From: Octopus vulgaris
Taxonomy: Eukaryota
Assembly: GCA_951406725.2 (NCBI GenBank)
Contig: OX597835.1
Coordinates: forward strand, 35,836,001 to 35,900,000
DNA length: 64,000 nucleotides
Direction of reading: 5' to 3'
Part shown: piece after piece, positions 44,186-59,634 of the stretch
Layout of the letters: every line of letters starts with the position of its first letter
How positions within the stretch are numbered: position 1 is the stretch's first letter
Translations under genes and position numbers: made by a program
The notes under the pieces: generated by a model
Databases searched by the model: none
What the model saw: only the letters and a program-made list of their open reading frames with translations
Told to the model about the DNA's origin: nothing

Positions 44186-44469
44186 ACACAATTTCTACCT
44201 ACCAAATTCACTGACAAGGCATTGGTTGGTGGGTGCGGACCTATAGGATAAGACAATTTGGTCAAGGTGCAGCGCAGGCGTAGTCTGACTGAAACCGAAA
44301 TCACGTGTCTTCACTATCTACCCATGCCTGTTTCATAAACATTTGATTAATCTTCCAATGCCGCTTCCGGATAATGATTGCTCTAAAGATTTTATGATCT
44401 TCATAACATTTCTGGTCATTATAATTTAATGCTGACAATTTAATGCGTTGTTGGTAGTTTTCTCGGCAC

Positions 44470-44500
<31 letters not shown>

Positions 44501-45565
44501 GATGGTGATGGCTATGTAGTGGATTGAGTAGTTAGTAGTTAACAACGGGATGAATGTGATGGTGGCAGTGTTAGTGGTAATGCTGAGTCGTTGGCGGTCA
44601 AAAGGGTACGGGACATAGCGACGGTTTGTTGATGGTGGTGATGTTGATGGTGATGATAAAGGTAATGGCGGTGCCGCTGGTGTTACAAGTGTTTCTAGCA
44701 GTCAAGAACTGCTAAACATACTGATAATGATAATGTAAACGATTTAGTCATTATAATTAATCTTACTGTAAATACCTGTACGCGCGTGTGTCTAAATAAA
44801 TATATATGTATTTGCATACGTGAATGCGTGTATGCATAAAGTTGTATACAACTTTTTGTTTTAAATTTCTGTGTATATATTTCTAAGCTATTTAGTAATA
44901 TTGTTTTTTTGTTTTGTTTTTTAAGAGAGCAAATTAAATACCAAAATTAACACACCGGAAATTGTCACTGTAAGCAATTGATGTTAATCAATTGTTCTGT
45001 GTATAATGTCGTGTTTTATTTCAAGTGTATATACATGCACACATGTGCATGCTTATATACATGAATAGATGCATACAAAATATACAGGTATGCAGGCAGG
45101 CAGGCAAACACATACACACATATACATACAAATATATATAACACACATATATATATATGTATATACATATATATATATATATGTGAATATACATATATGG
45201 ATATAAATACATACATATATATAAATACGTACATACATATATATAAATATACATATATATATATATAAGTACATACATTCACACACACACGCTCACGCAT
45301 TTATACATACATAGGTTTATGCATATGTTTGCAAGTATATATAGATATATATGGATATATATATTTCCGTGGATACATATATATGTATGTATGCACACAG
45401 ACGCACGTATGAATGTATGTATAAATAAATATATGTATGTTTGTATATATATATATGTGTATATATACATATATATATATGTAAATATACACGTGTGTAT
45501 ATATATTCCTACGTATATATATATATATAATTATATATATATATATATATATATAATTTTATATA

Positions 45566-45611
<46 letters not shown>

Positions 45612-45848
45612 CGTGAATTTGTGTGTGTATTAATATATGTGCTGTGGGGTTTTGTGCTGAGTGTTTTTGTCTTTTGCGCGTATATACACGCTTTGCCTCA
45701 ATTGTCAACAAATAAAAATATAACATGACAATCACGTCAGCCAAATTATCTATTTCTTTATTATTTTAACTCGTTTGACATTTTATTTGTGTTGCTGCGT
45801 AACGTTATTTAACCTCTGTCTCTCAAACAATCACTCTCTTTATTGCTG

Positions 45849-45891
<43 letters not shown>

Positions 45892-46049
45892 TTATGTTTC
45901 TGCTTATCTGTCTATCTGTCTATCTCCCTTTCCTTGTATTAATGAAGCTATTTATCTTTATAACAATGTATCTATGATTATATATTTGTCAACATTTCTT
46001 CCTATCTATCTGCCTGTGTCTGATGAGTTTCTGTCTGTCTGTCTGCCTG

Positions 46050-46144
<95 letters not shown>

Positions 46145-46294
46145 CTCTCTCTATATATATATATATATTAAACTATCTATTTACACATCTATCTATCTAT
46201 CTATTCATCTATGTATCTACCTATCTATCTATGTATCTATCTGTCAATCTATATATCTATCGATCCATCCATCCATCTATCTATCCATCAATCC

Positions 46295-46382
<88 letters not shown>

Positions 46383-46423
46383 GTCAGTCTATGTATGTAT
46401 GTATATTTGTATGTATGTATGTA

Positions 46424-46502
<79 letters not shown>

Positions 46503-47344
46503 AATGGTGACGACATTCCCTTCTTCCTTGCTGGAAGCGTGCTCTCAAGTGCACCTATTAATCCTTTTCACCATTATTGTACTAATCGCTCTCTGTACGT
46601 TTGCACGCTTCCATGTATTTGAAAACAAATGGAATTAAATGAAAGAGTTGTTTTGCCTTGTAACGTTGGTGTTATTATGCACGGAATATGGCGGATTACA
46701 GAGGGCGCACAATGTCTTCTCATCTGCCATCGATATTCCTGTCATCCATTTCATGGCCGTCATCATAGTCATTATCAGCATCATTGTTGTCGTCGTTGTT
46801 AGGCGCACCACCTCCACGACCACCACCACTAACACCACCACCACTGTTACCACTATCATCATCATCGTCTTCGTCATCATCATCCCCAACATCCCCAAAA
46901 ACACCACCTCTCCTTCTACGTTATCATCATCATCATCTATATGAAGATGATATACGGTCGGCTGTTTTAAACTTTTGCATGTCCTGTGTATCACATGCGG
47001 TAAACAGGCCATATTTCCCTGGCGTCCATGCATCATACCCCCCCCGCACGCACACGCACACACACATCGCCAAATCAAACATTTGAAATAACATAACAAA
47101 GCAACAAAAGGACGTCCATATTGAATGTATTAGTGTGACGCTCAGGTTCTCGTGAAATGAAAGCTTAATATTACTTAGAACATGTGAAACAAAGGCTATC
47201 TAATCGACTGGCCTCACTCCTCCAAAATTTCGGGCCTTGTGCCTAGAGTAGAAAAGAACTTGTGTAGGTTAAGCTGTGTCAAATATTAGAGAAAGAAACC
47301 TAGCTATTTCTTGCAATACATACCAATATATATATCTAAAGCAA

Positions 47345-47467
47345 AAAATTTTCAGGATCCCTTAAAATACTATTATAGATCCTCACTTTAGTATTTTTCT
47401 GTGTGGACCCCCACAAAACTCTTATACGAATCCTCAGAGGTGTGCGGACCCCGGTTGAAAACTACTG
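47345..47467. mobile_element. Possible hAT-type MITE terminus
   Basis: Ends ggaccccggttgaaaactactg, resembling the hAT terminus (reverse complement of CAGTGGTTCTCAACC), with repeated ggaccc motifs; opposite end not found. Confidence 0.4.
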
Positions 47468-48646
47468 GTTTAAAACGATAATCATAGGTATTTTACTGGG
47501 AATAACAGTTCTAGAACATTCTTATGCATAAATTGTTGGACTATTCTACGCATGTTATCCACGATATATTTCATTTATTTAATTTCCTTTTGTGTAAGAA
47601 GGCAAATATTTTGCGTATGTATACACTTCCTTGACTTCAGATAAAAGCTAAAACGTTACTAAAATTTTCCAACATAGAAACCAAATCACCAAATCAGGTT
47701 TAGATGAAGGTGAGCGGTGAATAAACACATTTAGTATTTCTAACACTCTTAAAGCTGTGAATTGTCAGAATCGTGAGCACATCAGGCAAAATGCTTTGCG
47801 GCATTTCGTTCGTCTTTACGTTCTGAACTGAAATTCTCCCCACGGTCACCTATACCTTTCATCATTTCAGGGTCGATAAAATAAGTACCAGTGGAATACT
47901 GGAGTCCCACTCCTGAAATTTCTCTCATCCATAAGTCAAGCGTGCTGGCAGAATCATTATTACGCCTGACAAAATTCTTCGCGGTATTTCGCGGTATAAC
48001 GCTCTGAGTTCAAACATCACTGAGGTTAAAGGTACTTCTCAGCTATTCGGTGTAGATCAAATAAAGTACCAGTTGAGCACTAGAATCACTGAAATCGAAT
48101 GGGTCTACCCCAAAAATTCGGGCCTTGTGCCAAAACGTGAAAAGATATTTCTAATATTCCTCAACTGGAAACGAAACTCCAATCTGCGTTTCAATGGCTT
48201 GAATTCAAATTTGTTTGATTGCTATCTTTAAAGGACTATTCACAAAATAACAAACATGTATTCACGTTTATAAGTCTCTCCAGTTTTGTTAGATCGTACA
48301 AGTATGGAGATATCAACGGGTTGCCATTTTTCTTTTACACATCATAAACAGCCCCGATGCTTCAAATCGACAGAAATATTCTTTGATCAAAACTTGGTAA
48401 ATGCAAAAAAAAAAAAAAATGAAAAAAAAATCCTTGTATTTATTTTTTGGTTTATGCCTTATACTACCTTTCGCTTACCATTTTTTCTCTTCTAAAGTCA
48501 TCATCATCATCGTCATCATCATCATAGGCATCGCCATCGTCAGCGTCATCATCATCATCGTTTATAGTTCTTGGCATTAGTTCTGTTTTATGTTGTCGAT
48601 CGAGATATTTTTTGTTGTTTTTCCTGTTGCTGCAACAACAACAACA

Positions 48647-48735
<89 letters not shown>

Positions 48736-49105
48736 GGCATCGAGAATTTTTTTTTTGGCTTTTTTACTATTTTATATTTCCTTCTTCATCGTTTCTACAT
48801 CAGCAGTTTTAGTTTAACCATTCGAAGATTTTCACTATGGCGACTACATTTCTTTTTTTACTATTTCTTTTTTTTTTTGTCCGTTTTCTCTTCATTTTTC
48901 GGTAGAAGTATCATCACAACACAAAACGTATACACACATATACGTATAGAAACCAGTCACATATAGATATATACATATCTAAACATCTTCACTTATATAC
49001 ACACATACAAGTGCATATATATATATATAATTATACTTCTGTATAGTACAACTATGTATATATCACATATATAAGGGTGCCATGTAATATACATGGATGC
49101 ATGTG

Positions 49106-49149
<44 letters not shown>

Positions 49150-49192
49150 TTATTTATATGTATATGTATGTATATATATGTATATATATGCA

Positions 49193-49223
<31 letters not shown>

Positions 49224-49244
49224 ATATGTGTATATATATGTATG

Positions 49245-49305
<61 letters not shown>

Positions 49306-49434
49306 ATATATATATATTTATTTATATGTATATGTATGTATATATACGTATATATATATGTATGTATATATATATATATGTGTGTGTATACATATATGTA
49401 TATATATATTTATATATATATGTATATATGTATG

Positions 49435-49468
<34 letters not shown>

Positions 49469-49917
49469 TGTATGTATGTATGTATATACGCGGGCATGTG
49501 TGTGTATGTGCTTCATGGTATATTTCTTTCATTTATCTTCATCTATTTCCTTCATTATTTTCCTTCAACTTCAAGTAATATATATTTAAACGTTCCTTCA
49601 TTCGCTTTTATCCCCGCTTTTCGTCAAGAAGCGACGCCACCGCAAAGAGCATCAGCAGCAGCAGCACCGTCATCACCACCACAACCACCACCACCACACC
49701 ACCACCACCACCACCAACACCACAACCATCACCATCATCACCACCACCATTCTACCACTGATACCATCGCCGCCAACACAGAGATATTTCTCTTGCATCC
49801 ACAACTTTAATTTTATATGTATATGCATACCCATAGTCCACGATTTATATATGTGTGTGTGTGTGTGTGTGAGAGTGTGAGTGCGTGTTAGTATGTATGT
49901 GTGTTTCGTTATACATC

Positions 49918-49956
<39 letters not shown>

Positions 49957-49991
49957 GTATGCAATGTTTGCACACATATATGTATGTATAA

Positions 49992-50040
<49 letters not shown>

Positions 50041-50369
50041 CATATTTATATAGATATAGATATAGATATATAGATATATAGATATATATATATAAATATA
50101 TATAAATATATATATATGAATGCATATATAAATGTGTCTGTCTGTTTGTATGTATGTATGTATGTATGTATGTATGTATGTATGTATGTGTGTGTGTGTA
50201 TGTATAAGCATATGTACTCTTAGTATATCTTCTCGCAATTTTTCTAATTTTCGATCCCACCCAGCAAGCGATCTCGAAGAGAGCCGTGAGGTAGAATGAC
50301 TTGTCGTTAGTAAACGATCTAAGATTTTCGATTTATGCATTTTTCGTGGGCTGAGGTGGTGTGTGTGAG

Positions 50370-50402
<33 letters not shown>

Positions 50403-51012
50403 CGAGAGAGAGAGAGGAAGAGAGAGTATTTGTGTATGCCTGTGTGTATGAATGTTCTTGAATGTGTGAGCATTTTGGGAGGTTTTCAAAATATATTACT
50501 TATCTATCTATGAGCAGTGTCATCTTGGTACTGACAGACGTACCTCCATCTCCTTCTACTTCAGTCTCTCTCTTTGCTTTCTTACAGTCACGTGCTCTCC
50601 CCCTCTCTCCCTCTCTCTCTCGTATCTCAACTAACTAACCGCCATCTTATGCGACCTACTGAGTCTCGACGTCCGTTCACTCCAACCGTCGTACGCCTCT
50701 TGAACTTTCTTAAATCAACTCAAATTCTATGGAAAAGTACGCTTGTGTGTAACGCATACGTTTTCTTTGCTTATGTATGTGTGTGCGTCTGTTTGTATGT
50801 GTATTTATAGTTAAGTATGTAAATGTGCATAACGCGTATGTTTTCTTGTGCTTGTGTGTGTGTGTGTACGCGTGTGCGTATATCTGTGTACGCATGTGTA
50901 CGTATGTGTGCAAGTGTGTATTTCTAGTTAAGTGTATTTGAGGGACCGTGGGTGCCTCTTTTTGGTTGCCTCTATATTGTGTTCGAAGGTACGTGATGCA
51001 GTGCATACTCTC

Positions 51013-51228
51013 TACTCTTTACTCTTTTACTTGTTTCAGTCATTTGACTGCGGCCATGCTGGAGCACCGCCTTTAGTCGAGCAAATCGACTCCGGGACTT
51101 ATTCTTTGTAAGCCCAGTACTTATTCTATCGGTCTCTTTTGCCGAACCGCTAGGTGACGGGGACATAAACACACCAGCATCGGTTGTCAAGCAATGCTAG
51201 GGGGACAAACACAGACACACAAACATAT

Positions 51229-51261
<33 letters not shown>

Positions 51262-51394
51262 CATATATACAACAGGCTTCTTTCAGTTTCCGTCTACCAA
51301 ATCCACTCACAAGGCATTGGTCGGCCCGGGGCTATAGCAGAAGACACTTGCCCAAGATGCCACGCAGTGGGACTGAACCCGGAACCATGTGGTT
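51013..51394 (-). mobile_element. SINE family A, young copy
   Basis: Close reverse-complement match to 18196-18605. Confidence 0.85.
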
Positions 51395-51851
51395 ATAGTA
51401 TTCGGCTCAAAATCGTAAGGTCGTCAGTTCAATTCCAGGCGGTGCATCTTACCACTGAACAAGACGCTTTAGTTCACGTCGTTCCATTCCACTCAACAGA
51501 CAAACAATGAGTAGTACTTGTACTTACAACGGCTTGCCATACCACAATTTTGTATCTTGCTGAACCTCCCAGGTAACTATGTTAAGGGTATGCGTGTCTG
51601 TTGGAATGCTCAGCCACTTGCACGTTAATTTCACAAGCAGGCTGTTCCATTGATCGGATCAACTGAAACACTCCTCGTCGCAACCGACGGAGTGCCAGTT
51701 AGATTTTTTGCCTCTCTGTATCAATTATATATTTTCTTCTCTTTTCATTGCCATTCATTCTGTTTTTTTATCTATCCTTCTCCCTCTTCCTCCTCCCTCT
51801 CTCTCATTCATTCCTCCATCTTGTTTGTCCCTCTCTCGCACTTTCGCTCTC

Positions 51852-51888
<37 letters not shown>

Positions 51889-51928
51889 GACGTTTTCCTC
51901 TCTATTTGGCTATCTATTTGAGGTTGAT

Positions 51929-52530
51929 AAGGCGGCGAGCTGGCAGAAACGTTAGAACGCTGGGTGAAATGCTTAGCGGTATTTCGTCTGCTGTTACATT
52001 CTGAGTTCAAATTCCGCCGAGGTCGACTTTGCCTTTCATCCTTTCGAGGTCGATTAAATCAGTACCAGTTACGCACTGGGGTCGATATAAGCGACTTAAT
52101 CTGTTTGTCTGTCCTTGTTTGTCCTCTCTGTGCTTAGCCCTTTGTGGGTAGTAAAGAAATAGGTATTTCGTCTGACGTTACGTTCTGAGTTCAAATTCCG
52201 CCGAGGCCGACTTTGCTTTTCATCCTTTCGGGGTCGATTAAATTAAGTTCTAGTTACGCACTGGGGTCAATGTAATCAACTTAATCCGTTTGTCTGTCCT
52301 TATTTGTCCCATCTATGTTTAGCCCCTTGTGGGCAATAAAGATCTAAGAGACGTTAGAACGCCGGGTGAAATGCTTAGCAGTCTTTCGTGTCTTTACGTT
52401 CTAAATTCAAATTCCGCCGAGGTTGACTTTGCTTTTCATCCTTTCAGGTTCGATAAATTAAGTACCAGTTGCGTACTGGGGTCGATCAAGTCCATCAAAA
52501 TTTCAGGCCTTGTGCTACAGTAGAAAAGAA
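51929..52530 (+). mobile_element. Three tandem SINE family B units
   Basis: The cgttctgagttcaaattccgccgagg...catcctttc...gcactgggg block recurs at ~52000, ~52180 and ~52400. Confidence 0.8.
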
Positions 52531-52914
52531 TATTTAAGCTTGATAAAGTCTCGTTGTAATTCACACTGTTTAGATGCTTGTATGATCTTGTCATGCAATC
52601 ATTTTAAAATCTCTCCTTTATTCCTTTCTGTTATGAGCGCAAGGCCTGAAATTTTGTGACATTATATTGGTCCTAGTGCTTAACCAGTACTTATTTCATG
52701 AAATCCAAAAAGATGTAAAGGAAAGTCGACCTTGGCGGAATTTGAACTCAGAATGTAAAGACGGACAGAATGCCGCTACGTATTTCGCCGGGCTTGCTAA
52801 TGATAATGCCTGCTTACCGTCTTCTATATTAGCTACTGCTTTCAGCAATTATCAATGAGGATTCATAACAGTAATCATTCGCTGGAATATCTCTATAATT
52901 CTCTTTTGTGTGTA

Positions 52915-53170
52915 TATGGACCACAGATTGGCATATTTCGGTCATATTATGCGGAGAAAATCCCTGGAGGACATCATGCTCGGAATGGTCAGTGGCAAGA
53001 GAGGAAGAGGCCGACCAAGAACCCGCTGGCTTGACACCATCAAGAGGGATACCGGAATTGACATGGCCAGTCTGAAGGAAGCGGCCCTGGATAGAACTGA
53101 CTGGAGGACACTGATCCAACGAGTGACCAAGAGTCGACTTCGACTGAGCGGATAGATAGCTAGATAGATG
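52915..53170 (+). mobile_element. RTE-clade LINE 3' end (5'-truncated)
   Basis: RLAYFGHIMRR.SLE.IMLGMVSGKRGRGRPRTRWLD..DRTDWRTLIQRVTKSRLRL* followed by a short (TAGA)n tail. Confidence 0.88.
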
Positions 53171-54088
53171 GACTATTCAGGCAGTCATAAGCAGAGCTTA
53201 TATCATTCTACGCAGCGCGTAGAAGCAAAGGACAAAATAACGCACGAAACGTAGTTTACGGTAGTAAGCGGCACCCACTAAAGAGTGGACTCCACTGAAG
53301 GAAATCAATGATCGATGGTCGTATTAAACCGTTTGACAGATTAACAAGCGTACATATTTCTACTCTGTACTCCAAGCACACTTCATCAATATGGCATCAC
53401 TGTTTCTTCGATATCTTTTTTGCTATAAAAATGGCTGCCATTATGATGTCAGTTCTTTTCAGAAAACGATATTTCGAAAGATTTAGAATATAATGATTAG
53501 ATAGTCAAACAATGCAAACATTCAGCTTAAAATGTAAGAAAGATATTAAAAAAGATATACATATATATATATATATAATAAAATACAACGATAAACAGAA
53601 ATAGAAATCAATTATAGAATTAAATGTCTTTAAATTTTGCAAATTATAACGTATATTTGTTCAATTAATTTCATTAATTTGTAATAGTATTATTTATGTT
53701 CTTACTGTTGTTGTCATTATTTTGAATTCATCATTCCAATTACGGGTTTTTTTTTCTCTCTATTACAATTTTCGTTTTGTCATTATTATATTTATGTGTT
53801 TTGTAATACATAAATGTTGTTATACACATAGATGATTAGCAGATGTTGTTGCTGACATTGATGCCTCATCTAACACTGCTATTGCTGTTGTTGTTGTTGT
53901 TGTTGTTGTTGCTGCTGATAATGCTGCTGCTGTTGTTGTTGTTGTTGTTGTTGGTATGGCTGCTGTCAATACGGCTCTCATTGTTTTCCTTTAAATTGTC
54001 ACGCTGCTGATGTTTCACATAAGTATTGAAATTAATGCATCTGTTTGTGGTAATTGCTGTTGTTGTCGATGTCTTTGGCTCTTGCCGT

Positions 54089-54119
<31 letters not shown>

Positions 54120-55069
54120 ACTACTGCTGCTGCTTCTGCTGCTGCCGAATGCTACTATAACCGCTTAATATCGTCGTAGTTGTTGATCATATTGCTACTG
54201 GGAATGACGGCTGCTTTGTCATGCTTACCAAATTTGTTTTCACGATCGTCATTCCTATAGAAATTACTACTAATGCTTCTCCTCCAGCTCCTACCATTCC
54301 TATTGTTGTTGTTGCTGTTACTATTACGGTTATTTTTGCTTTTATTTTAGATGATAATTTTTCCGTTGATTTCGTTTGTTGCTACTGCTGCCGATGTTGT
54401 CGTTGTTCTTGTTGTTCTTGGCAGTGTTATTGTCGTTCTCTTTCCCGCGTTATTACTGTGTTGATTACAACTTTTAACAAAACAATTTTGCTCTAATTTC
54501 ATAGTCAGTTTGCCACGATTCTTGATTCTGTTCCCTACAATCAAGAGTGAATAGAAGACAGGAATGGCTCCCGGCGAGAAATACTGAAAGATTTTAACTG
54601 TATTTCCTATTTAAGAATACTTAAAGCCACATAACATCGCGAAAACATGCATAAGACACAAAACAATAAACCATCATCAACAACAACAACAATAACACCA
54701 GCAATAGCAACAACATGAAAAAAAAGAACAACATTCACAACGCTATCATTATCACTAACATCACTTACACCACCGTCATCTTCATCATCATAATCGTGAT
54801 GATGGCGATAGTGATGATGGTGGTGGTGGTGGTGGTGGTGGTGGCGGAGGGAGTGGTGGTGGTGGTGGTGACGTAGGGTTATTTGATAAACGCTCATAGA
54901 CTTCACATCTTTTCGAAGATACTCGCATACACACCTCATGCACACACACAAACACACTAGATATACATATACAGGAATATATATATATATATATATATAT
55001 GTGCATATATACAGGCATATATATATATATATGTGTGCATATATACAGGCATATATATATAGAGAGAGG

Positions 55070-55133
<64 letters not shown>

Positions 55134-55344
55134 CATATATATATATATACATACATATATATATATATATATACACATACACATACATGCAGATATATGA
55201 ATAATACAAACATATTTATTCATGCACATGTGCTTACAGATACACACGCACATTCATATACGTACACACATGTATACATACATACAAACAAATATATATA
55301 TATATATATACGTATGTATGTATGTATGTATGTATGTATATGTG

Positions 55345-55389
<45 letters not shown>

Positions 55390-55437
55390 GTGTGTGTATG
55401 TATGCATGTATATATATATATATAACTATATATATAC

Positions 55438-55478
<41 letters not shown>

Positions 55479-55703
55479 TATATACATGCATGTGCAGCAC
55501 ACAAACGTACAGCCATTCAAGTCTGATGCTTGTCTTTATTGTTAATCTTCATTGTTTTACTTGCTTAACTGTTTGTTTATTTGTTTGCCTCAGTAAAACA
55601 CACAGAGACGCGCGAGCGCGCAACACACACACATACATACACATATACATACATCCATATATGCACACGCACATATATATACATGCATACATATATACAC
55701 ATG

Positions 55704-55734
<31 letters not shown>

Positions 55735-55762
55735 ATAATAAATATTAGGGAATCTCTAATTA

Positions 55763-55814
<52 letters not shown>

Positions 55815-55888
55815 GCAACACTACATATGTATGTTTGTATCTATGTATACATCGAATAAGTACATGTGTTTTCATGTTGGATTAACTT

Positions 55889-55919
<31 letters not shown>

Positions 55920-56108
55920 AGGCATATTTATATATAGTATCATATACAATACACACATGTGAACATGTGTGTAAACTTATGCTTCTAGCTTACGCATACG
56001 CACATACATACAGATATGCTAGCACATACATATAATATTTCTGCAAATCTAAGTATCACACGTGATATTAAAGTCTGCATGCTCAAAACGCACCGTCTTG
56101 AGGCTGTT

Positions 56109-56144
<36 letters not shown>

Positions 56145-57703
56145 TACACATACACATGTATACACACACACACATGTATACACACACACACATGTATACA
56201 CACGCATAGATTCACTCATACTCTCATACATATATTAACACTTACACAGCTTCACAACACATTTGCTCATTGCATTTCAACATCATACGCAACATACAAA
56301 TATTCACACATAAATACACAGTCACCTACACAAACACACACACATGCACACATGCACACAAACACACACATACACACAGTCACCCACATACATAATGTAT
56401 ACACATGCACAACAGCTTGATATAATTCATACCCGCAACAAATACACAAACGCATACAGACTCTGTATAATATTTTACAATATGAATATTCTCTTTTCAT
56501 TCATGCTATCTCAATGCGTATAACACTCATGAACAACAACGAATCATGCTTTTTTACTCACATATACAATAGCACGAACATCATCAATATATGCAGAGAC
56601 ATACGCGAATGAATAACAATAAGCTCGCCCCCACATCGTCCCCTTAAGAATGAGTAACACGGAAATAGAGTGATCACGATTCTTTGTAATGTCTGGGAGG
56701 TTAGACCCTTCGCTCTCTGTGGAACATAGACCATCGAAGAAGACATTTCGCTAATGTTCTCGACTCTGGGATAACGTTTTTCTATCAGAGTTTGATACGT
56801 TATGTATTGTCATCGATGTATCTGTAATAGATTTGTTTTTCCTAGGTAGGAGCCTCAGTCTCCATCAGCCATCTATATACTCCTGTCTAGTGTCCAAGGA
56901 CTCATAGGGCCGGTTGGCTTGTTTTCATGGCGTATAAGTGGCCGAGATCACAACAATTGTCCTGAACAATCCTTTAAAGTATTACTCATTTACAGCCGTG
57001 TGAACAGGAGCAACGTAAAATGAAATGTTTGCTCAAGAACACAATTCACCCCCAGCACCGAGAATCGAAATCACAATCTTGCGATCGTGAACTCAATTCT
57101 TTAAACTCTACACTATGCATCACCTTTGCTTCTATAACTTTTCTTTTGTTCAAGACAAGGATATTGGCCCAACGCAAACCCGTTTTTAGACCTTGAAGGA
57201 GGTGATCCATATTAATTTGGCTACTATCCTTTGGCCTGTCCAGCATGGGATAGCCTACCAAGAGCTTGTAATCCATTAGGATATACCTCAGAATCATTGA
57301 AGCATAAGAGACACCATATCAGAACAAGGACTAGACTATATAGTGGGATTCCCTCTAGTGCTAGGTCTCAATGTAGCTGAGGACCGACCTCTTCTGGCGA
57401 AAATATTTCCTTATCAAAGCTAATATAACATTTCAAATATTCGGGTGGAAATTCCCTTTATTGATATAAAATATTTGAACCACCACAGCTTAGGTGAGCC
57501 CACGATGCAGAAATGCGTCTAGAAACATAGTTTTGTGGTTAAGTAGCTCGCTTAACAACCAAGTGGTCTCAGATTCTTCCCCACTGCCCGGGGGACCCTT
57601 CAACAAAAGTCTTGAGCCGAGCAGCGTGTTATGAGTAAATGTAGAAAAGTGAAACTGTGTGAAAGGCCATATATATATATATATACACACACTAACACCC
57701 ATA

Positions 57704-57778
<75 letters not shown>

Positions 57779-58454
57779 ATATTTCGGAATGGTCATATTG
57801 CCAGTTTAGCCAATAAAAACACACGCACTATATATTTGGTGTTATTTTGCTTCTGTGATATTTATTTTTTACATTAATCTTAATCTTATTTCGGCCAAAG
57901 TTCTTTCGTCACACTCCTGTGACCGCATCAGTGGTCCTTTGTTTTCTTCTCACTTACTTGTGTCTCTCCTTACTAACCGTCAGCCATTTTGTATTTCTAT
58001 TGTATGTCTTCATTTGCACATGCTTATATCTCTATGTGCGTCTATGTTTATTTAGTGTGTGCGTGGGGGGGATGCCTGTAATATTTGTATCTTCTGGTTA
58101 TATACATTCTTGTAATTTGTATTTTGTTTTTGTTGTTGTTGCTTTTGTTCTAATTTTGTTCATGTGTTTACATCCACCCATTATTATCATTACATATGCT
58201 TGTATGTATGTATAACAACAATATTAGTAATAATAATAATAAATCTAATCGAGAAAAAAAAAAAAAAAAAAAAGAATATACATATACATATATATATACA
58301 TACATATACATATACATATATATATATATACATATATACACACATATATACACATATACATATACATATATATACACATATACATATATATAGATATTCA
58401 TTTCTATTTCTTTAATTACCTGTGTATTTATTATGTTTGCAGGATCCACTATTG

Positions 58455-59035
58455 TCATATGTTGTGGTGTGCGCTATTGCTCCATTCTAGTTTTCTATTC
58501 AGGCTAGGTTTATTTTCTATTATATGTGTAGCTTCTGTAATTTGTCTAATTGTTGCATCTGTTCTATGTGTGGACAATATCTTAATCTCTATGTTATTGA
58601 TTGATCCCCCGTGTTCTTGTTCGGCGTGTTGGTACAGAATCGATGAGCTTTTACCTTCCTTGAGTTGTCTCCAATGTCCATTCACCCGCTCACCAATGCT
58701 TCTTGCAGTTTCCCCTACGTATGTTACTGTCTTGTTACTGCATCGTCCCTCTATACATCTTATACTATAGACCACATTTCTGGCTTTACAGTTCGTTTGT
58801 GGGCTAAATCTACATACAGTGCAATAGTTTTCCGTACAGAGAGTTCTACTAAAAGGATAGGTTCTACCAATTATAGATCTGATAGGGTTGCCTGGCTTTT
58901 CAACAACCTTAATTCTTAGTTTAAGTTTATCTAGGGTCCTTCTAAAGCGGTACGCTAGTTCACCTCCAGGGGTGGTGTCAACGAACATGACACTCTGGTA
59001 TTTATGGCTATCATACCAAGAGTTGGCCTTCCTTA
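58455..59035 (-). CDS. PLE linker + GIY-YIG endonuclease (5'-truncated)
   Basis: [76 protein letters not shown]. Confidence 0.87.
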
Positions 59036-59370
59036 TTTTCTTTTTTTTTTTTTTTTTCTCGATTAGATTTATTATTATTATTACTAATATTGTTGTTATA
59101 CATACATACAAGCATATGTAATGATAATAATGGGTGGATGTAAACACATGAACAAAATTAGAACAAAAGCAACAACAACAAAAACAAAATACAAATTACA
59201 AGAATGTATATAACCAGAAGATACAAATATTACAGGCATCCCCCCCACACACACACTAAATAAACATAGACGCACATAGAGATATAAGCATGTGCAAATG
59301 AAGACATACAATAGAAATACAAAATGGCTGACGGTTAGTAAGGAGAGACACAAGTGAGAAGAAAACAAAG

Positions 59371-59414
59371 GACCACTGATGCGGTCACAGGAGTGTGACG
59401 AAAGAACTTTGGCC
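59371..59414 (+). ncRNA. Variant hammerhead-like motif in pseudo-LTR (mirror copy on minus strand at ~57892-57937)
   Basis: GACCA-CTGATGCG-GTCAC aggagt GTGAC-GAAA-GAAC-TT-TGGCC. Confidence 0.5.
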
Positions 59415-59589
59415 GAAATAAGATTAAGATTAATGTAAAAAATAAATATCACTGAAGCAAAATAACACCAAATATATAGTGCGTGTGTTTTTATTGGCTA
59501 AACTGGCAATATGACCATTCCGAAATATAACAATATCTGTTTCAACACACGACTTCACATAAAAAATCTTGCACAACAAATATTTAAAC

Positions 59590-59634
<45 letters not shown>

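Larger units (their letters stand above)
57774..59590 (-). mobile_element. 5'-truncated Penelope-like element with ~500-bp inverted pseudo-LTRs
   Basis: ~57774-58270 is the reverse complement of ~59040-59533; encloses a GIY-YIG frame; (TA)n on both sides. Confidence 0.88.

Noticed and set aside
58455-59147. 230-aa ORF as a complete endonuclease gene
   Set aside because: The first ~37 codons come from the inverted pseudo-LTR and poly(A) run; the true ORF is 5'-truncated
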